DNA of 64,000 bases from an uncultured Acidobacteriota bacterium. GTDB lineage: Bacteria > Acidobacteriota > Terriglobia > UBA7540. Both the position numbers and the translations under genes were made by a program. How positions within the stretch are numbered: the stretch's first letter is position 1; each line of letters begins with the position of its first letter. The stretch is from NCBI GenBank assembly GCA_963804995.1, contig CAWDSK010000002.1, positions 448,001 to 512,000 on the forward strand, given 5' to 3'. Shown one piece after another: positions 41,432-52,107 of this stretch. Under the pieces are notes generated by a model. It saw nothing but the letters and a program-made list of their open reading frames with translations, was not told the origin of the DNA and made no database searches.

Positions 41432-41502
41432 ACCTAACGCTGCGGCGCTCAGCCGCGCGCCCTCAAGGCCAGTGTCCCGGCGGCTCCATTCGCGTGTTAG
41501 CC
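41432..41502 (-). other. Integron attC-like recombination site
   Basis: Minus strand GGCTAAC (overlaps the upstream stop) ACGCGAATGGAGCCG...GCGCGCGGCTGAGCGCCGCAGC GTTAGGT (GTTRRRY); 71 bp. Confidence 0.65.
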
Positions 41503-42195
41503 GGCGGTCTCCCCTGCAGCATCCCCAGAGAGCGCTGGCTTGTAGAACACTTCGAACAACGGGTCAGAAGTGTCGACGCACTCAATCGCGCTCCCGATCC
41601 TGAAAAGGCGTTCCGGAAAGCCGATGAACTCAGTCAACACGGCAAAGGCGGCCGCAACGCATCGACGTGCGTCGTCCGGCAGCGAGTTGATTGGTTCTGA
41701 GTGCAGGTATCGGCACCTGATCTTGTAGACGTGATTCAGTTCGGCGGCCAGACACGGCTGAAGGTAGCCCCACTCCTGAAGCGCTTTGATGTTGTCGGGC
41801 CAAGCGTTAAGAGGCCCCTTCTTCCAGAGGTGCTTTAGCCTCCGGTTGGAATGCTCGTGAAGCCGCATCCGAGCGTCATTGAGCATTCGTTCGATGGTCA
41901 CAACGGATGCGGCGAGTGCCGAGAAGTACTGCCCAAGAACGAACGTGCGCTCGATCTCCTCGATGATAGGGTCGAAGGCAACCGTCACGCGGAACCGCGG
42001 GGGTCGAAGGTCGAGGTACCTAGCCACCATCGAGTCGGTGACCAGACACTCGGGAACCATCGAGTCCAGGACTGCGTCTGCCACGTCCTTCGGCACATGA
42101 AACAGCCGGACGCTCTTTCGTGCTTCGGTCTGTCGGAAGGGACCGTCGGGCATGTAGCGCTCGCTGCCGATGGTGAGATTCACTTGGATGAACAT
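41497..42195 (-). CDS. Hypothetical cassette protein, possible HEPN-like fold
   Basis: Helical protein with GQYFSALAASVVTIERML and C-terminal RCRYLH (Rx4H). Confidence 0.6.
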   Translation of the reverse strand: MFIQVNLTIGSERYMPDGPFRQTEARKSVRLFHVPKDVADAVLDSMVPECLVTDSMVARYLDLRPPRFRVTVAFDPIIEEIERTFVLGQYFSALAASVVTIERMLNDARMRLHEHSNRRLKHLWKKGPLNAWPDNIKALQEWGYLQPCLAAELNHVYKIRCRYLHSEPINSLPDDARRCVAAAFAVLTEFIGFPERLFRIGSAIECVDTSDPLFEVFYKPALSGDAAGETAG

Positions 42196-42284
42196 TACCC
42201 CGCCTCGATTATGCGTCGGGCAAAGGCCACGGCACAAAAACGCCGCCGTAGCCCGCTGCTCCAAGTTGCGGCTCCCTCGCGAAC

Positions 42285-42689
42285 CTACCCTGCGTCGCTG
42301 TCCCATCCGTAGCGATTCCCGTCTGCGTCGAGGGGAACGATGTGAGGGATGGGCAGACCAGTTTTTTCCCGAACCGACTGGAGTATTCGGTCTTTGGTTC
42401 GTTCTCCAAAAAAGGTGGTCAGCAGAGCCTTCGTGGCGTGCAACTGGCCGCGCCGATATTCAAGCTGCGGGCTGTCCCGATACCTCGCTTCGAGATCGGC
42501 CATCATCTTTACCTGCCACTCAAGATTGCGGGTCACGATGGTAACGGCGTTTATAGAGTTTTCCATCATCGCCCGAATCATACCGGCCCTAGGGCGGCGC
42601 TCGAATTCAGCGATGCGATCAAATTCTTCCAAAACGTCTCTTGGGACGCGGAACGAAACCACTTCAACAGCTTCCCTCCTCGGTGCCAT
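42285..42689 (-). CDS. Ribbon-helix-helix (CopG-like) domain protein
   Basis: VVSFRVPRDVLEEFDRIA....RAGMIRAMM. Confidence 0.6.
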   Translation of the reverse strand: MAPRREAVEVVSFRVPRDVLEEFDRIAEFERRPRAGMIRAMMENSINAVTIVTRNLEWQVKMMADLEARYRDSPQLEYRRGQLHATKALLTTFFGERTKDRILQSVREKTGLPIPHIVPLDADGNRYGWDSDAG

Positions 42690-43093
42690 AGTTAGAGCAT
42701 AGTTTATAAAAGTACGAGCTGTCAACAAGATAATAGCGGGTACGGTCAGTGCTCTCGTGACCGTGTGCTTTTCCTTTGATGACGAACCCACGGTCAATTC
42801 CAAGGACGAATTGAGAAGGGCAGTGGCGATTGACAAGTGACGAGTGACGAGTCCAACCGCGAAGATTCTTGTGTGAGGCGCCGTTCGAACGGGTGAATGC
42901 AATCCGCAGACGTAGGGGTAGGGCTCCCGACTTCGCCGGGACAGGTTGCCCTACCCGGCGTTCCGCAGGGTGAAGGCGGAACCAGGGGGCGTGTCGCCGC
43001 GGCGACTCCCCCTACACCATGCGCAACTCGATCACCGAGCGTAGGGCGTCGTTAACGGCTCTTTCACTGCGAAAAGCCGTGCGGACATCGGGG

Positions 43094-43249
43094 GTAGCGC
43101 AGGGCCCGCTCTCCGGCCCTGCGGTTCTACGAGCGGTGCGGGTCCTTGCCGCGCCGCAAACTAGATAATCCGAATTCGGTTGGGCCGCGCCGCCAAAACC
43201 ACGTCGCGGTGGAAAAGCCGCAGGGCCGGAGAGCGGGCCCTGCGCTACA
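43094..43249. repeat. Inverted pair of GTAG-REP hairpins
   Basis: GTAGCGCAGGGCCCGCTCTCCGGCCCTGCGG and its reverse complement ending at ~43248. Confidence 0.8.
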
Positions 43250-43775
43250 AAGTGCCCAAGGGCTGCGGACCTACACACGGGTCTGCTACCTGGCTTCATG
43301 TTCCAACTCACCAAAGAAATGGCCTCCTGATTCAGCGGGTAGGTTTTCTCTTGAGATCCACAGTTGAACCTAATCGCTCAATAACAAAGTGGCCCGATCG
43401 GAAAAGCGGTGAGGGGTAGCCCACTTTTTTCGGACAATTTGCAGCCCGCCTTGCATTTTTGGGCTACCGGTAGCCCAAATCGTAAGCAGGGGTATTGACT
43501 TAGCCATAACAATAGTGGTTATCATAAGAGGTAGAGGCAATGGCATTCCCACGAAGCAGTGCCGAGCCTGCCATGAGTGGGACGAAGGATCGGCAGATCG
43601 GGCACCCGCGAAAAAAGCTCCCCATAAGGTGACGCTGCAATGACCTCGGCTCTCGCGATGTGTCGCATAATAAAGGTGTTAGCGGTTAAGACTCGAAATT
43701 TGCCGAAACCATATCTCACTCATTTAAAAAGGGTTAGCTTGAACTGCGTGAGCCGATGCGAAAAAACGCGGGGGG

Positions 43776-43912
43776 AAAAAATGAAGGATAGTCTCGCGAT
43801 ATTATTGAAAACAAATGGTGGCAAAATGTCGGTTTCTGGCCTTTCCACGATGTTGATGAAAACACATGAGTTAAAATCGCTCTCTCGCGATGTTGATGAA
43901 AAACAAGAGAGT
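43776..43912 (+). repeat. AT-rich phased triple repeat element G, copy 1
   Basis: AAAAATGAAGG leader then CGATRTTRWTGAAAA at 43797, 43848, 43888 (spacing 51, 40). Confidence 0.75.
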
Positions 43913-44415
43913 TATTGGAAATACGAGTGACAAGTGATGATTGCCGAGTGACAAGAAAAGACAGATTCGAAGGGCCAAATACGGGGCAGGGCAAGGTCGC
44001 GTTAGGGCCTGCGTGCAGATCAACTCGACTACCTGCAAGGCTCTCGGGGCTATGAAAAGGGGTTGCTCATGCAAAGGATGGAAGATTCCAGGCTGCGCCA
44101 ATTGTGGTGGCTCACCCGTGAGCTATTCAAGGTCCGCCGGGGGGCGCTGATCCGTAGAGATGTTAAAAATGAAGGTCGATCCGGCGATGTGTATGAAAAC
44201 ACGAGAGAAATGACAATTTGTCAGGCTATTTTTCGACCTTTTTTGCAGAAAATTCCGGAGTTTTGTGACAATCCACGACAATCGATCGGGATTGTGGGCG
44301 GAAAATACGCGGATTCGCCATAAATCAGTGCGTTCTAGAACCGGTGGGCGTACTATGGCGTTCCCGGAATCCCAAAGGAAATGGACTTGGAGACGGGACA
44401 CGCGGAGAATCACCG

Positions 44416-45522
44416 ATGACGATTGATCTGAATTTGGAACACCTGCCCGTTCCTCCCCGCAAAAAGGATTTTCGCATCGGCGCGGTGGGTGCCGGTTTCA
44501 TTATGCGGGACATCCATCTGGTCGCCTACCAGAATGCCGGCTTTAACGTCGTGGCCATTGCATCACGAGATCCTGCGACGGCGCGCGTGGCCGCTGATCT
44601 CCGGGGCATTCCCAAAGTTTACGACACCTGGCAGGAGCTTCTGGCTGACGATTCGATTGAAGTGCTTGATGTCGCCGTGCCGCCCCAGGCGCAACCGGAA
44701 ATTGTGCATGCCGCTCTCAAGCACCGGCACATTCGCGGCATTCTGGCGCAGAAACCTCTGGCCACGAATTACCCGGACGCCCAAGGCATAGTCGAGGCAT
44801 GTGAGGACGCCGGCGTGCGGCTGTGTGTGAATCAGAACATGCGTTACGACCAATCAATCCGCGCGCTCAAGACGGCGCTCCGGCGGGGATACTTGGGAGA
44901 GCCCGTGCTCGGCACCATTGAGATGCGCGCCATCCCGCATTGGAAACCCTGGGCGCGGGATTCCGCCCGACTGACTTTCCTGGTGATGAGCATTCATCAC
45001 CTGGATTGTTTCCGCTTCCTGTTTGGCGATCCCGAATGCGTCTACGCCAGCGCGCGCCCAGACCCGCGGACGACGTTTCCCCATCGCGATGGCGTTGTGC
45101 TCTACATTTTGGAATACCCCAATGGCCTGCGCGCCGCAGCGTGGGATGATGTCTGGGCGGGGCCCGCACTCGAAGGCGCGGCGCAGGACATCTACATTAA
45201 GTGGCGAGTGGAAGGAACCGCCGGGATGGCGCAGGGGACGATCGGCTGGCCAAGCTATCCCGCCCGCGTTCCCAGCACGATGCGGTTCACGACCCAGCAA
45301 CAACCCGGTTGTTGGATTTCGCCGACTTGGCCGCAAGTGTGGTTTCCCGACGCCTTTGAAGGGACGATGGGAGAACTGCTGTGCTCCCTCGAGGAAGGCA
45401 GAGACTCGGTCATCAGTGGGCGAGATAACCTCAACACAATTGCGCTGGTGGAGGCGTGTTATCGCTCGCTCGAACAGCATCGGCCGGTGCGACCGGCGGA
45501 AATCAAGGAGGAACACGCATGA
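44416..45522 (+). CDS. Gfo/Idh/MocA oxidoreductase
   Basis: RIGAVGAGFI, AQKPLA, NQNMRY, SIHHLD. Confidence 0.9.
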   Translation: MTIDLNLEHLPVPPRKKDFRIGAVGAGFIMRDIHLVAYQNAGFNVVAIASRDPATARVAADLRGIPKVYDTWQELLADDSIEVLDVAVPPQAQPEIVHAALKHRHIRGILAQKPLATNYPDAQGIVEACEDAGVRLCVNQNMRYDQSIRALKTALRRGYLGEPVLGTIEMRAIPHWKPWARDSARLTFLVMSIHHLDCFRFLFGDPECVYASARPDPRTTFPHRDGVVLYILEYPNGLRAAAWDDVWAGPALEGAAQDIYIKWRVEGTAGMAQGTIGWPSYPARVPSTMRFTTQQQPGCWISPTWPQVWFPDAFEGTMGELLCSLEEGRDSVISGRDNLNTIALVEACYRSLEQHRPVRPAEIKEEHA

Positions 45523-46341
45523 AACTCGGACTCATTAATTCCGCTTGGCTGGACTCCCCCGTGGGCACTGCGGAAGGCATCCGCCTGACCAAGGAGATTG
45601 GCTTTGACACTATCGACATCCTCGCCGACCCGCTCGAAATCGGCGTCAAAGAGCGCCGGCTCATCAAAGACACCTGCCACGCCGCCGGCCTGCCGGTAAT
45701 CAGCGTCTGTTGCTGCGCACTGGGTATCGCGGATTTCAGTCCCTCCGTCCGCCGGTTTCACATTGACCGTGCCAAGGCGCATCTGGATTTTGTTTATGAG
45801 CTCGAAGCCCGGAACCTGCTGCTGGTGTTGGGCGAATACATTTGGCAGCAGGAAGTGATTGCCCCGCGGAATCAATGGAATTGGGCAGTCGAGGCGGTCA
45901 GCGAATTGGGGAACTACGCCGCGGGGCTGGGGCTCGAAATCGCCATCGAGCTTGAACCGTTCCGGCTTTCCATTGTGAATACGCTTGCGAAAATGGTGGA
46001 ATTCTTGGATGACGTTCACGACCCCGCCGTGCGCGCCAATCTCGACATCTCTCATCTGGCGCTGGCGCACACGCCCGCGGAAGAAATTCCCAACCTCCAG
46101 GGGCGCATTGCCCACGTGCATTTTTCGGATTGCGATGGCACGAAGCACGGCGACCTGCCGCCAGGCCGTGGAGTGGTGGATTTTCGCCCCTACCTAGCAC
46201 AACTGAAGAAGGTGGGATTTGGCGGCGCCATCAGCATCGAGCTCGAAGTATTCCCCCGAGCCGGCGAAGATTGTCGACTGGGTCACAGAGGCCTATCGCG
46301 AAACCAACAAGCTGATGCTGGAGATTGGAATTCGCGGGTAG
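45519..46341 (+). CDS. Sugar phosphate isomerase/epimerase (TIM barrel), +1 frameshift near 46247
   Basis: IELEP, NLDISH, HVHFSD, GDLPPGRG; corrected end ELE/YSPEPAKIVDWVTEAYRETNKLMLEIGIRG*. Confidence 0.85.
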
Positions 46342-46458
46342 CCCTATGACCATCGCGGCAATTTCGCATCGCCGCATCCGTAGCGGCGAGTTTACCTCGC
46401 CAAAGGGCGGCCTGAATCAGCTTCTGCCTCAAATTGAACCTGCTCCCCTCGAACTCGA

Positions 46459-46487
46459 TTGAAAGTTTTGGGAGATGCCGCTAAAAT
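46459..46487 (+). promoter_or_regulatory. sigma70 promoter of rpmE
   Basis: TTGAAA-17 bp-TAAAAT; RBS AAGGAG before the ATG. Confidence 0.65.
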
Positions 46488-46519
46488 AAAGGATTGCCCT
46501 CGGGCCTAGAAGGAGTTCT

Positions 46520-46774
<255 letters not shown>

Positions 46775-46868
46775 GTGTGCATTGCGCGGGCGGCGGCATT
46801 TTCAGAACGTCATTCGCATTGCAGTCTAAAGCTCAAGGCTTGGCACGATCCAATTTGACCGGAGTCTG

Positions 46869-47669
46869 ATGGCTACAACTCCACCCACTGACCCCTACAT
46901 CAGCAAACCCAAGGTCTACCTTGTCGGGCGCCAGTTCGTGGCGGAGGGAGAGGTGGCGCGCTTCCTCGCAGACGAGGGAATGGTTTTCTCAACCGATGCC
47001 CCCACGGCTGCCGAGGTCCTGACTGAAATTGCCGGACGCACCTGCTACATGTCGTTTGGCAAAGGGCGAAAAAGCAATCGCGAGTATCTGGAGAACATCC
47101 TCTCCTCAAAGCACGGCAGTGTGCTGGAACACGCCGTGTGGTGCCTGCTGATTACAGGGGTCAGCCGCGCCCTTACGCACGAACTGGTCCGGCACCGCGC
47201 CGGCTTCGGCTATTCGCAACTCTCCCAGCGTTACGTGGATGAAAGCGATGCGCGCTACGTTGTGCCGCCGCTTTATCAGGAAGACTCGGCTCTGCGCGAA
47301 AAATGGCAGCAGACCATTGAGAGCATCCGCAAAGCCTATGCCGACTTGGCGGAGGCCACCACTGAATACGTGCAGCATAAGCACCCGGAAATGGCTCCAC
47401 GCGACCGGCGCAAGTGGGCGCGCCAGGCGGCTCGCTCCATTCTTCCCAACGCTACTGAAACCAAGATTTTCGTGACCGGAAATTCCCGCTCCTGGCGTCA
47501 CTTCCTCGAGCTGCGCGGCAGCGTGCATGCCGATACAGAAATTCGTCTGCTGGCCGTTGAGATCTACCGCGTCTTCAAAAAAGAATCCCCAAACATTTTC
47601 CAGGATATCGAGCTCGTGGATGAGCCCGATGGCATGCCTTCAGTCCGCGTCACGCACTCCAAGGTCTAA
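46869..47669 (+). CDS. thyX: FAD-dependent thymidylate synthase
   Basis: HGSVLEH, ELVRHRAGFGYSQLSQRY, ARSILPNA. Confidence 0.95.
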   Translation: MATTPPTDPYISKPKVYLVGRQFVAEGEVARFLADEGMVFSTDAPTAAEVLTEIAGRTCYMSFGKGRKSNREYLENILSSKHGSVLEHAVWCLLITGVSRALTHELVRHRAGFGYSQLSQRYVDESDARYVVPPLYQEDSALREKWQQTIESIRKAYADLAEATTEYVQHKHPEMAPRDRRKWARQAARSILPNATETKIFVTGNSRSWRHFLELRGSVHADTEIRLLAVEIYRVFKKESPNIFQDIELVDEPDGMPSVRVTHSKV

Positions 47670-47681
47670 CGAGGCTCACCC

Positions 47682-49331
47682 GTGAGCACGAGCACGGTGG
47701 GAGAGCGATCTCCCGTTCCCGCCTTTGCAATCCTTCTCGGCGGATCAATCCTGACGTTTCTTTTTCTGATCGTGGCGATATCAGAACTCGGGTGGCTCCT
47801 CGGAATACCCATTCACAGTTTTGTGTTGCCCGCAGCCTTCGCAGGTTCATGCTTCGTGACCGGGTGGGGAGCGCGAAACTACTTTCGCCACCCGATCCAC
47901 ATGATCCTGGCAGTGGCCGCGCTCCTGGCCTTACTGGTGGCGGCCTCAGCTTGGATCAGCCTGGCCTTCTACGATGTCTCTTATGATGGCCAGGCGTACC
48001 ATCAGGAAGGTGTTTATCAGCTTGCCCATGCGTGGAATCCGCTCTTCGCTCGTCACATCAGTCCGCTCTCCATCTTCCGAAACGTCATATTGAATCACTA
48101 CCCCAAAGGGCCCTGGATAGTTGCAGCGTCGATGTACCGTTTAACGGGACGCATCGAAACCGGCAAGTTTGCAAACTCTCTCCTGGTGGGCGCGGCGTTT
48201 CTTATGGCGCTGGCAGTTCTCGCAGGCTTTAGAAAAAAGCTGGGCGCCTGGCCTGTGGCGATGGCCGTGCTGGTGGCGGCGAACCCGGTGGCGCTCTGCC
48301 AAATGTGCACTTTCTATGTCGATGGGCAAGTGGCCTCGCTCTTTGTCTGCCTGGCTGCCCTGTGTTTCCTGAGCGCCGCCGACAGCCATCCGTGGGTGAA
48401 CCTGTTACGGTTTGAAGCCGCCATTCTGATCATTCAGCTAAAGTTCACAGGTTTGGTGTACGTCACGGTCCTCTTCGCCGGATTTCTTGCCATGCTCGCG
48501 TGGCAGAAGCGACCCTGGCGGAAGCCCTTCTCCAGGGCGGTCCTGGCTTTGGGGATCGGGACGTTCGTCTTCGGAATGAATCCCTATGTGTTCAATATCA
48601 TCGAGAATGGCCACCCGTTCTATCCTTTTTTCGGAAGAGGAGATTTACCGAATTTCAGCCTGACGAATGATACCCCTCCGGAATTTTTGGAAGCCAACCG
48701 GGTTCGGAACCTGGCGGCTTCGATTTTCTCCACGTCCCGTGCCTGGCCGCCGGAGTCCACGCTCAAAACTCCTTGGCAAGTCGACCGTAGCGAATGGAGG
48801 CAATTTCAGGAACCTGATGTGCGGACGGGAGGATTCGGCCCCCTCTTCCCAGCGGCACTGGTGTTGTCTTTGGCGTTCCTGGCGATCTGTTTGGGGCGGG
48901 GTGGCGCCGCGCCCTGGATCGCAACAGCCACTATTCTGATAATCATTGCGTCGGTATTACCCGTCCATGCATGTTGGTGGGCTCGCTATGCCCCGCAGGT
49001 ATGGCTGGTTCCTCTGGTGGCGCTCGCGCCTCTCGGCGGTGACGAAAGACCACGCTGGCGCCGTCTTTCCTGGTTGGTATTGCTCATCCTCACTGCGAAT
49101 GTAGCTGGGATCGCCACGGTCAATTTCCGCGCCAACCTTAGCGCCACTCGCGAAATAGCCGCGAATATCCAGGATCTTCGGTCCCATGCTCCCTTTAGGG
49201 TAGCCTTCGGTAATTTCCGCTCCAGCCGTTTCCGCCTCCAGGAAGCCGGAATCCCGTTCGTCGAGGATGAAGGAATTCTGAAGTGTGATCCCGAGGTCAA
49301 AGAGTACGACAACTTCTGCATCGAGCACTAA
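47682..49331 (+). CDS. Polytopic membrane protein, possibly a GT-C-fold glycosyltransferase
   Basis: Many TM segments; loop DVSYDGQAYH, YPKG, KFTG, GHPFYP; family assignment is inference. Confidence 0.65.
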   Translation: MSTSTVGERSPVPAFAILLGGSILTFLFLIVAISELGWLLGIPIHSFVLPAAFAGSCFVTGWGARNYFRHPIHMILAVAALLALLVAASAWISLAFYDVSYDGQAYHQEGVYQLAHAWNPLFARHISPLSIFRNVILNHYPKGPWIVAASMYRLTGRIETGKFANSLLVGAAFLMALAVLAGFRKKLGAWPVAMAVLVAANPVALCQMCTFYVDGQVASLFVCLAALCFLSAADSHPWVNLLRFEAAILIIQLKFTGLVYVTVLFAGFLAMLAWQKRPWRKPFSRAVLALGIGTFVFGMNPYVFNIIENGHPFYPFFGRGDLPNFSLTNDTPPEFLEANRVRNLAASIFSTSRAWPPESTLKTPWQVDRSEWRQFQEPDVRTGGFGPLFPAALVLSLAFLAICLGRGGAAPWIATATILIIIASVLPVHACWWARYAPQVWLVPLVALAPLGGDERPRWRRLSWLVLLILTANVAGIATVNFRANLSATREIAANIQDLRSHAPFRVAFGNFRSSRFRLQEAGIPFVEDEGILKCDPEVKEYDNFCIEH

Positions 49332-49363
49332 GCCAGAAAACGCAACACGCAAGACTGGCCAGC

Positions 49364-49653
49364 GTGCCGACCTCATGGTTTTTGAATTCCCAACCTGTAG
49401 AATTCTCAAACGCCCACGTGACCCCTCACCCCCACCGCGCAAAACGTGGGGCCCCCTTCCCGCCCCGGCTGATGAAAACGCCGGCGGCGGTCCACCCTCT
49501 CCCCTCGGAGAGGGCTAGGCACCGTAAATCCCAGCCTTCTCCCAGGGGAGAAGGTGGCCGACGTAGGAGGACGGATGAGGGGTTACTTCCACGGACGGAG
49601 CGACTGAACAATTTACAACTTATAAATTCAAAAAACCATAAGGTCGGCGCTAC
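49364..49653 (-). mobile_element. MITE/REPIN-like element (family B long form), copy 2
   Basis: Reverse complement of 16848-17108 plus a small internal hairpin insert CCCCACCGCGCAAAACGTGGGG. Confidence 0.85.
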
Positions 49654-49671
49654 AATCGATTTCATCAACCC

Positions 49672-51639
49672 CTAAGCGCTCTTAAGGTAAGTCCAGGATT
49701 CCGGAGCAGACGGAACCGCGATCGAAATGCGGTGGCGAAACGGCGCCAATTCCTGAGCAAGCAGCCGCAGATCCTTCGGTTCAGCGTGCGTCCCCTCAGC
49801 CACCACCACCTTCACGTGCGCATCGTTCCCGTGCAGATGGCCGAGGATGCCGGCCGCCAGGCGTTTGGCACTGGAGCGGTCCAGGGCTCCTTCGATTTTA
49901 ACCAGCGTGCTGTGCAGCGCCCGTTCCATGCTGACTCGCAACTCACCGAGTTGGCCGGGGCGCAGAGCCCAGGGAGCGGTGCGATAGGCGCGCCGCACCA
50001 ACTTGGGGTGTTGGAACAAGTTGTGACGCAACGTGAATCCCGTCCAGGCGGCCGCCAGCGGCGCCAGCAACGAACGGGTACGTTCGCCCATGTTAGGCGG
50101 GCCGAGCGCAGCTCGAATCTCCGCCTCGAGCGCGGCAGCGGCTTCCGGTGTCGGTCCCGACTGCCTGGCCACGCGGAAAAGGGGATAGGCATATCGCACT
50201 TCTTCCGCCCAACGTTCGGCTTTGGCGCGCAGGTAGGGAGAGTCGGAATTGCGATAACGTTTCCAGCCCTGAAACCAGACTTCCACCGACCGCAGGATGG
50301 AGGGGCCATTCAGGCGGAAGTCCGTGTCAAAACATTCGCTCTGCAAATTCTCAATTTCGCCGGGCGTCATGGTGGGATGCTTCACCATGGAGGTAAACCC
50401 GTCGCAGGAGCGGTAATAGCGCTCCGGATCCGCCACCATGTCCGGACGCATGCGTCCCTCCTGCATCACACGGTCGTAGAAGGGGGTTCCCGGCGTGGGT
50501 CCGTAAATCAGAAACTGGGCATAAGTGGGCCGGAGCGCCAGAAATTCCCTCATCTCCTCGCGTATGATTTCCGGCGTCTGGTAGTCGAAGCCCACGATCA
50601 TGGAGGAGAGCACGGTGACGCCGTGCGAGCGTAATTCCGGAATCAATTCCTCCACCGGCTTGCCATCCTGCTTCGCGTAGCCGGAGCGTTTTCCCTCATA
50701 ACCCACCCAAACCCCGTCCACCCCGGTCTCCAGCAGTTCCTGCGGAGTGAACCGGCTCAAGGCCTTTACGGAAGCAAAAGCGAAAACGGAGATGGGCGTG
50801 CCCCGCGCGAGCACCAGCTCACGCAGGCGGATGGCGCGGTCCTTGGCGAGCAGGAAATCCTCGTCGAGAATCGCCATGCTCATGCGTGGATCGACCTCGA
50901 GGTAGCGCTCGATGACGCGAAACATGTCGTCGCCGGTGGGGAGCAGTCGAATGTGGTGGCGCTTGAAAAAGTAGGAGGTGCAGCAGAAGTCGCAGCCATT
51001 CGGGCAGCCGAGGCCGGCAAAGATCACCCCGGTGCGATCCATGGGCATGGAGAAGACTTTCAGGTCGAGCATCACCAGCGGATGATCGTAGGGCATTGGC
51101 CGCGGCGGCTCGCCGAGCAGCGCCCGGAAATAAGCCACGCCTTCTTCGCGACAGATGTGGTCGCCGTAAGGCGCCAGGGTCGCGTCGTCCAGAACCGTTC
51201 CATAACCGCCCAGGACAATCTTGGCGCGCGGCGCGTACTTGCGCACCAACGCCACTACTTCCTTCATGTGATGGAATAAAACCAGGTTGAAGGAGACGCC
51301 GACGTACTCCGGCCCCTTCTTCAATTCGCGAATCAGTTCCCGTTTCGACGGATACTGGAGCACCACGGCGGGCGCATCCAGGTTGGCGGCAATGTAGTCC
51401 AGTGCGTAGGTGAAATTCACGGAGCGGGGACTGAAGACTCCCTGCGCGCGCGTAATCTGCCCGTGCAGGACTTCATAGCCCACGCTGGGAGCGTCGCCGT
51501 GAGCGGGCCCGATGGGTCGGCATACACTGGTCAGGAGAACTTTGGGATGCCGGGGAGACGTACCCCCACCCGCCTCGCTCGCCGAGGATTCCTTCCCCGC
51601 GCGCGCGTGCGCTTCAGTCCGAGTTGTGGTCTGCATCAT
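49672..51639 (-). CDS. B12-binding-domain radical SAM protein with C-terminal STAS-like extension
   Basis: IVLGGYG, GCPNGCDFCC (CxxxCxxC), DEDF, PTPGTPFY; start set at ATG 51639 or 51636. Confidence 0.85.
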   Translation of the reverse strand: MMQTTTRTEAHARAGKESSASEAGGGTSPRHPKVLLTSVCRPIGPAHGDAPSVGYEVLHGQITRAQGVFSPRSVNFTYALDYIAANLDAPAVVLQYPSKRELIRELKKGPEYVGVSFNLVLFHHMKEVVALVRKYAPRAKIVLGGYGTVLDDATLAPYGDHICREEGVAYFRALLGEPPRPMPYDHPLVMLDLKVFSMPMDRTGVIFAGLGCPNGCDFCCTSYFFKRHHIRLLPTGDDMFRVIERYLEVDPRMSMAILDEDFLLAKDRAIRLRELVLARGTPISVFAFASVKALSRFTPQELLETGVDGVWVGYEGKRSGYAKQDGKPVEELIPELRSHGVTVLSSMIVGFDYQTPEIIREEMREFLALRPTYAQFLIYGPTPGTPFYDRVMQEGRMRPDMVADPERYYRSCDGFTSMVKHPTMTPGEIENLQSECFDTDFRLNGPSILRSVEVWFQGWKRYRNSDSPYLRAKAERWAEEVRYAYPLFRVARQSGPTPEAAAALEAEIRAALGPPNMGERTRSLLAPLAAAWTGFTLRHNLFQHPKLVRRAYRTAPWALRPGQLGELRVSMERALHSTLVKIEGALDRSSAKRLAAGILGHLHGNDAHVKVVVAEGTHAEPKDLRLLAQELAPFRHRISIAVPSAPESWTYLKSA

Positions 51640-52107
51640 TGCCTCAATTGCGAGGGTTGTGAGGCCCGACTGGATTCCACCGGAGGGGGCGAAGAGTGCC
51701 ACGGGCGGCAAGATCCAACACTCTAGTGTCCATCGGGGAGTCGTCTCCGTCAAGCGAAACTTCGGTGGGGGTACCGTTTGATGTAGCGGCGGCGGAACCG
51801 GTCCCGAACTTATCGGGACGCCGACCCTTGGCGAGGTAATCTCGCCGGTCACTTCCCGATTGAAAATGTCATCGTACCCAATGCGCGTGTAGGGCGGACT
51901 TGTTTTGTAAGTCCGCGGCTTTTCCCTGCCAATAGTGAACTTGCGATTGGGCCATCGGACCATCGGATCATCAGGCCATCTATAACCAACCACGTGATCA
52001 GCCGATGGATCGATGAGCCTATGAACCGATGAGCCGGTTTTGCCTCCGCAGCCATTCATATTTCAGAATTCACCATTGAATCAATCTTGCCTCCAACGAA
52101 TTTCCCC

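Noticed and set aside
51640..51900. Cobalamin riboswitch upstream of the B12 radical SAM gene
   Set aside because: No recognisable B12-box or conserved core; the structure present is explained by a family A repeat. An Rfam scan would settle it.
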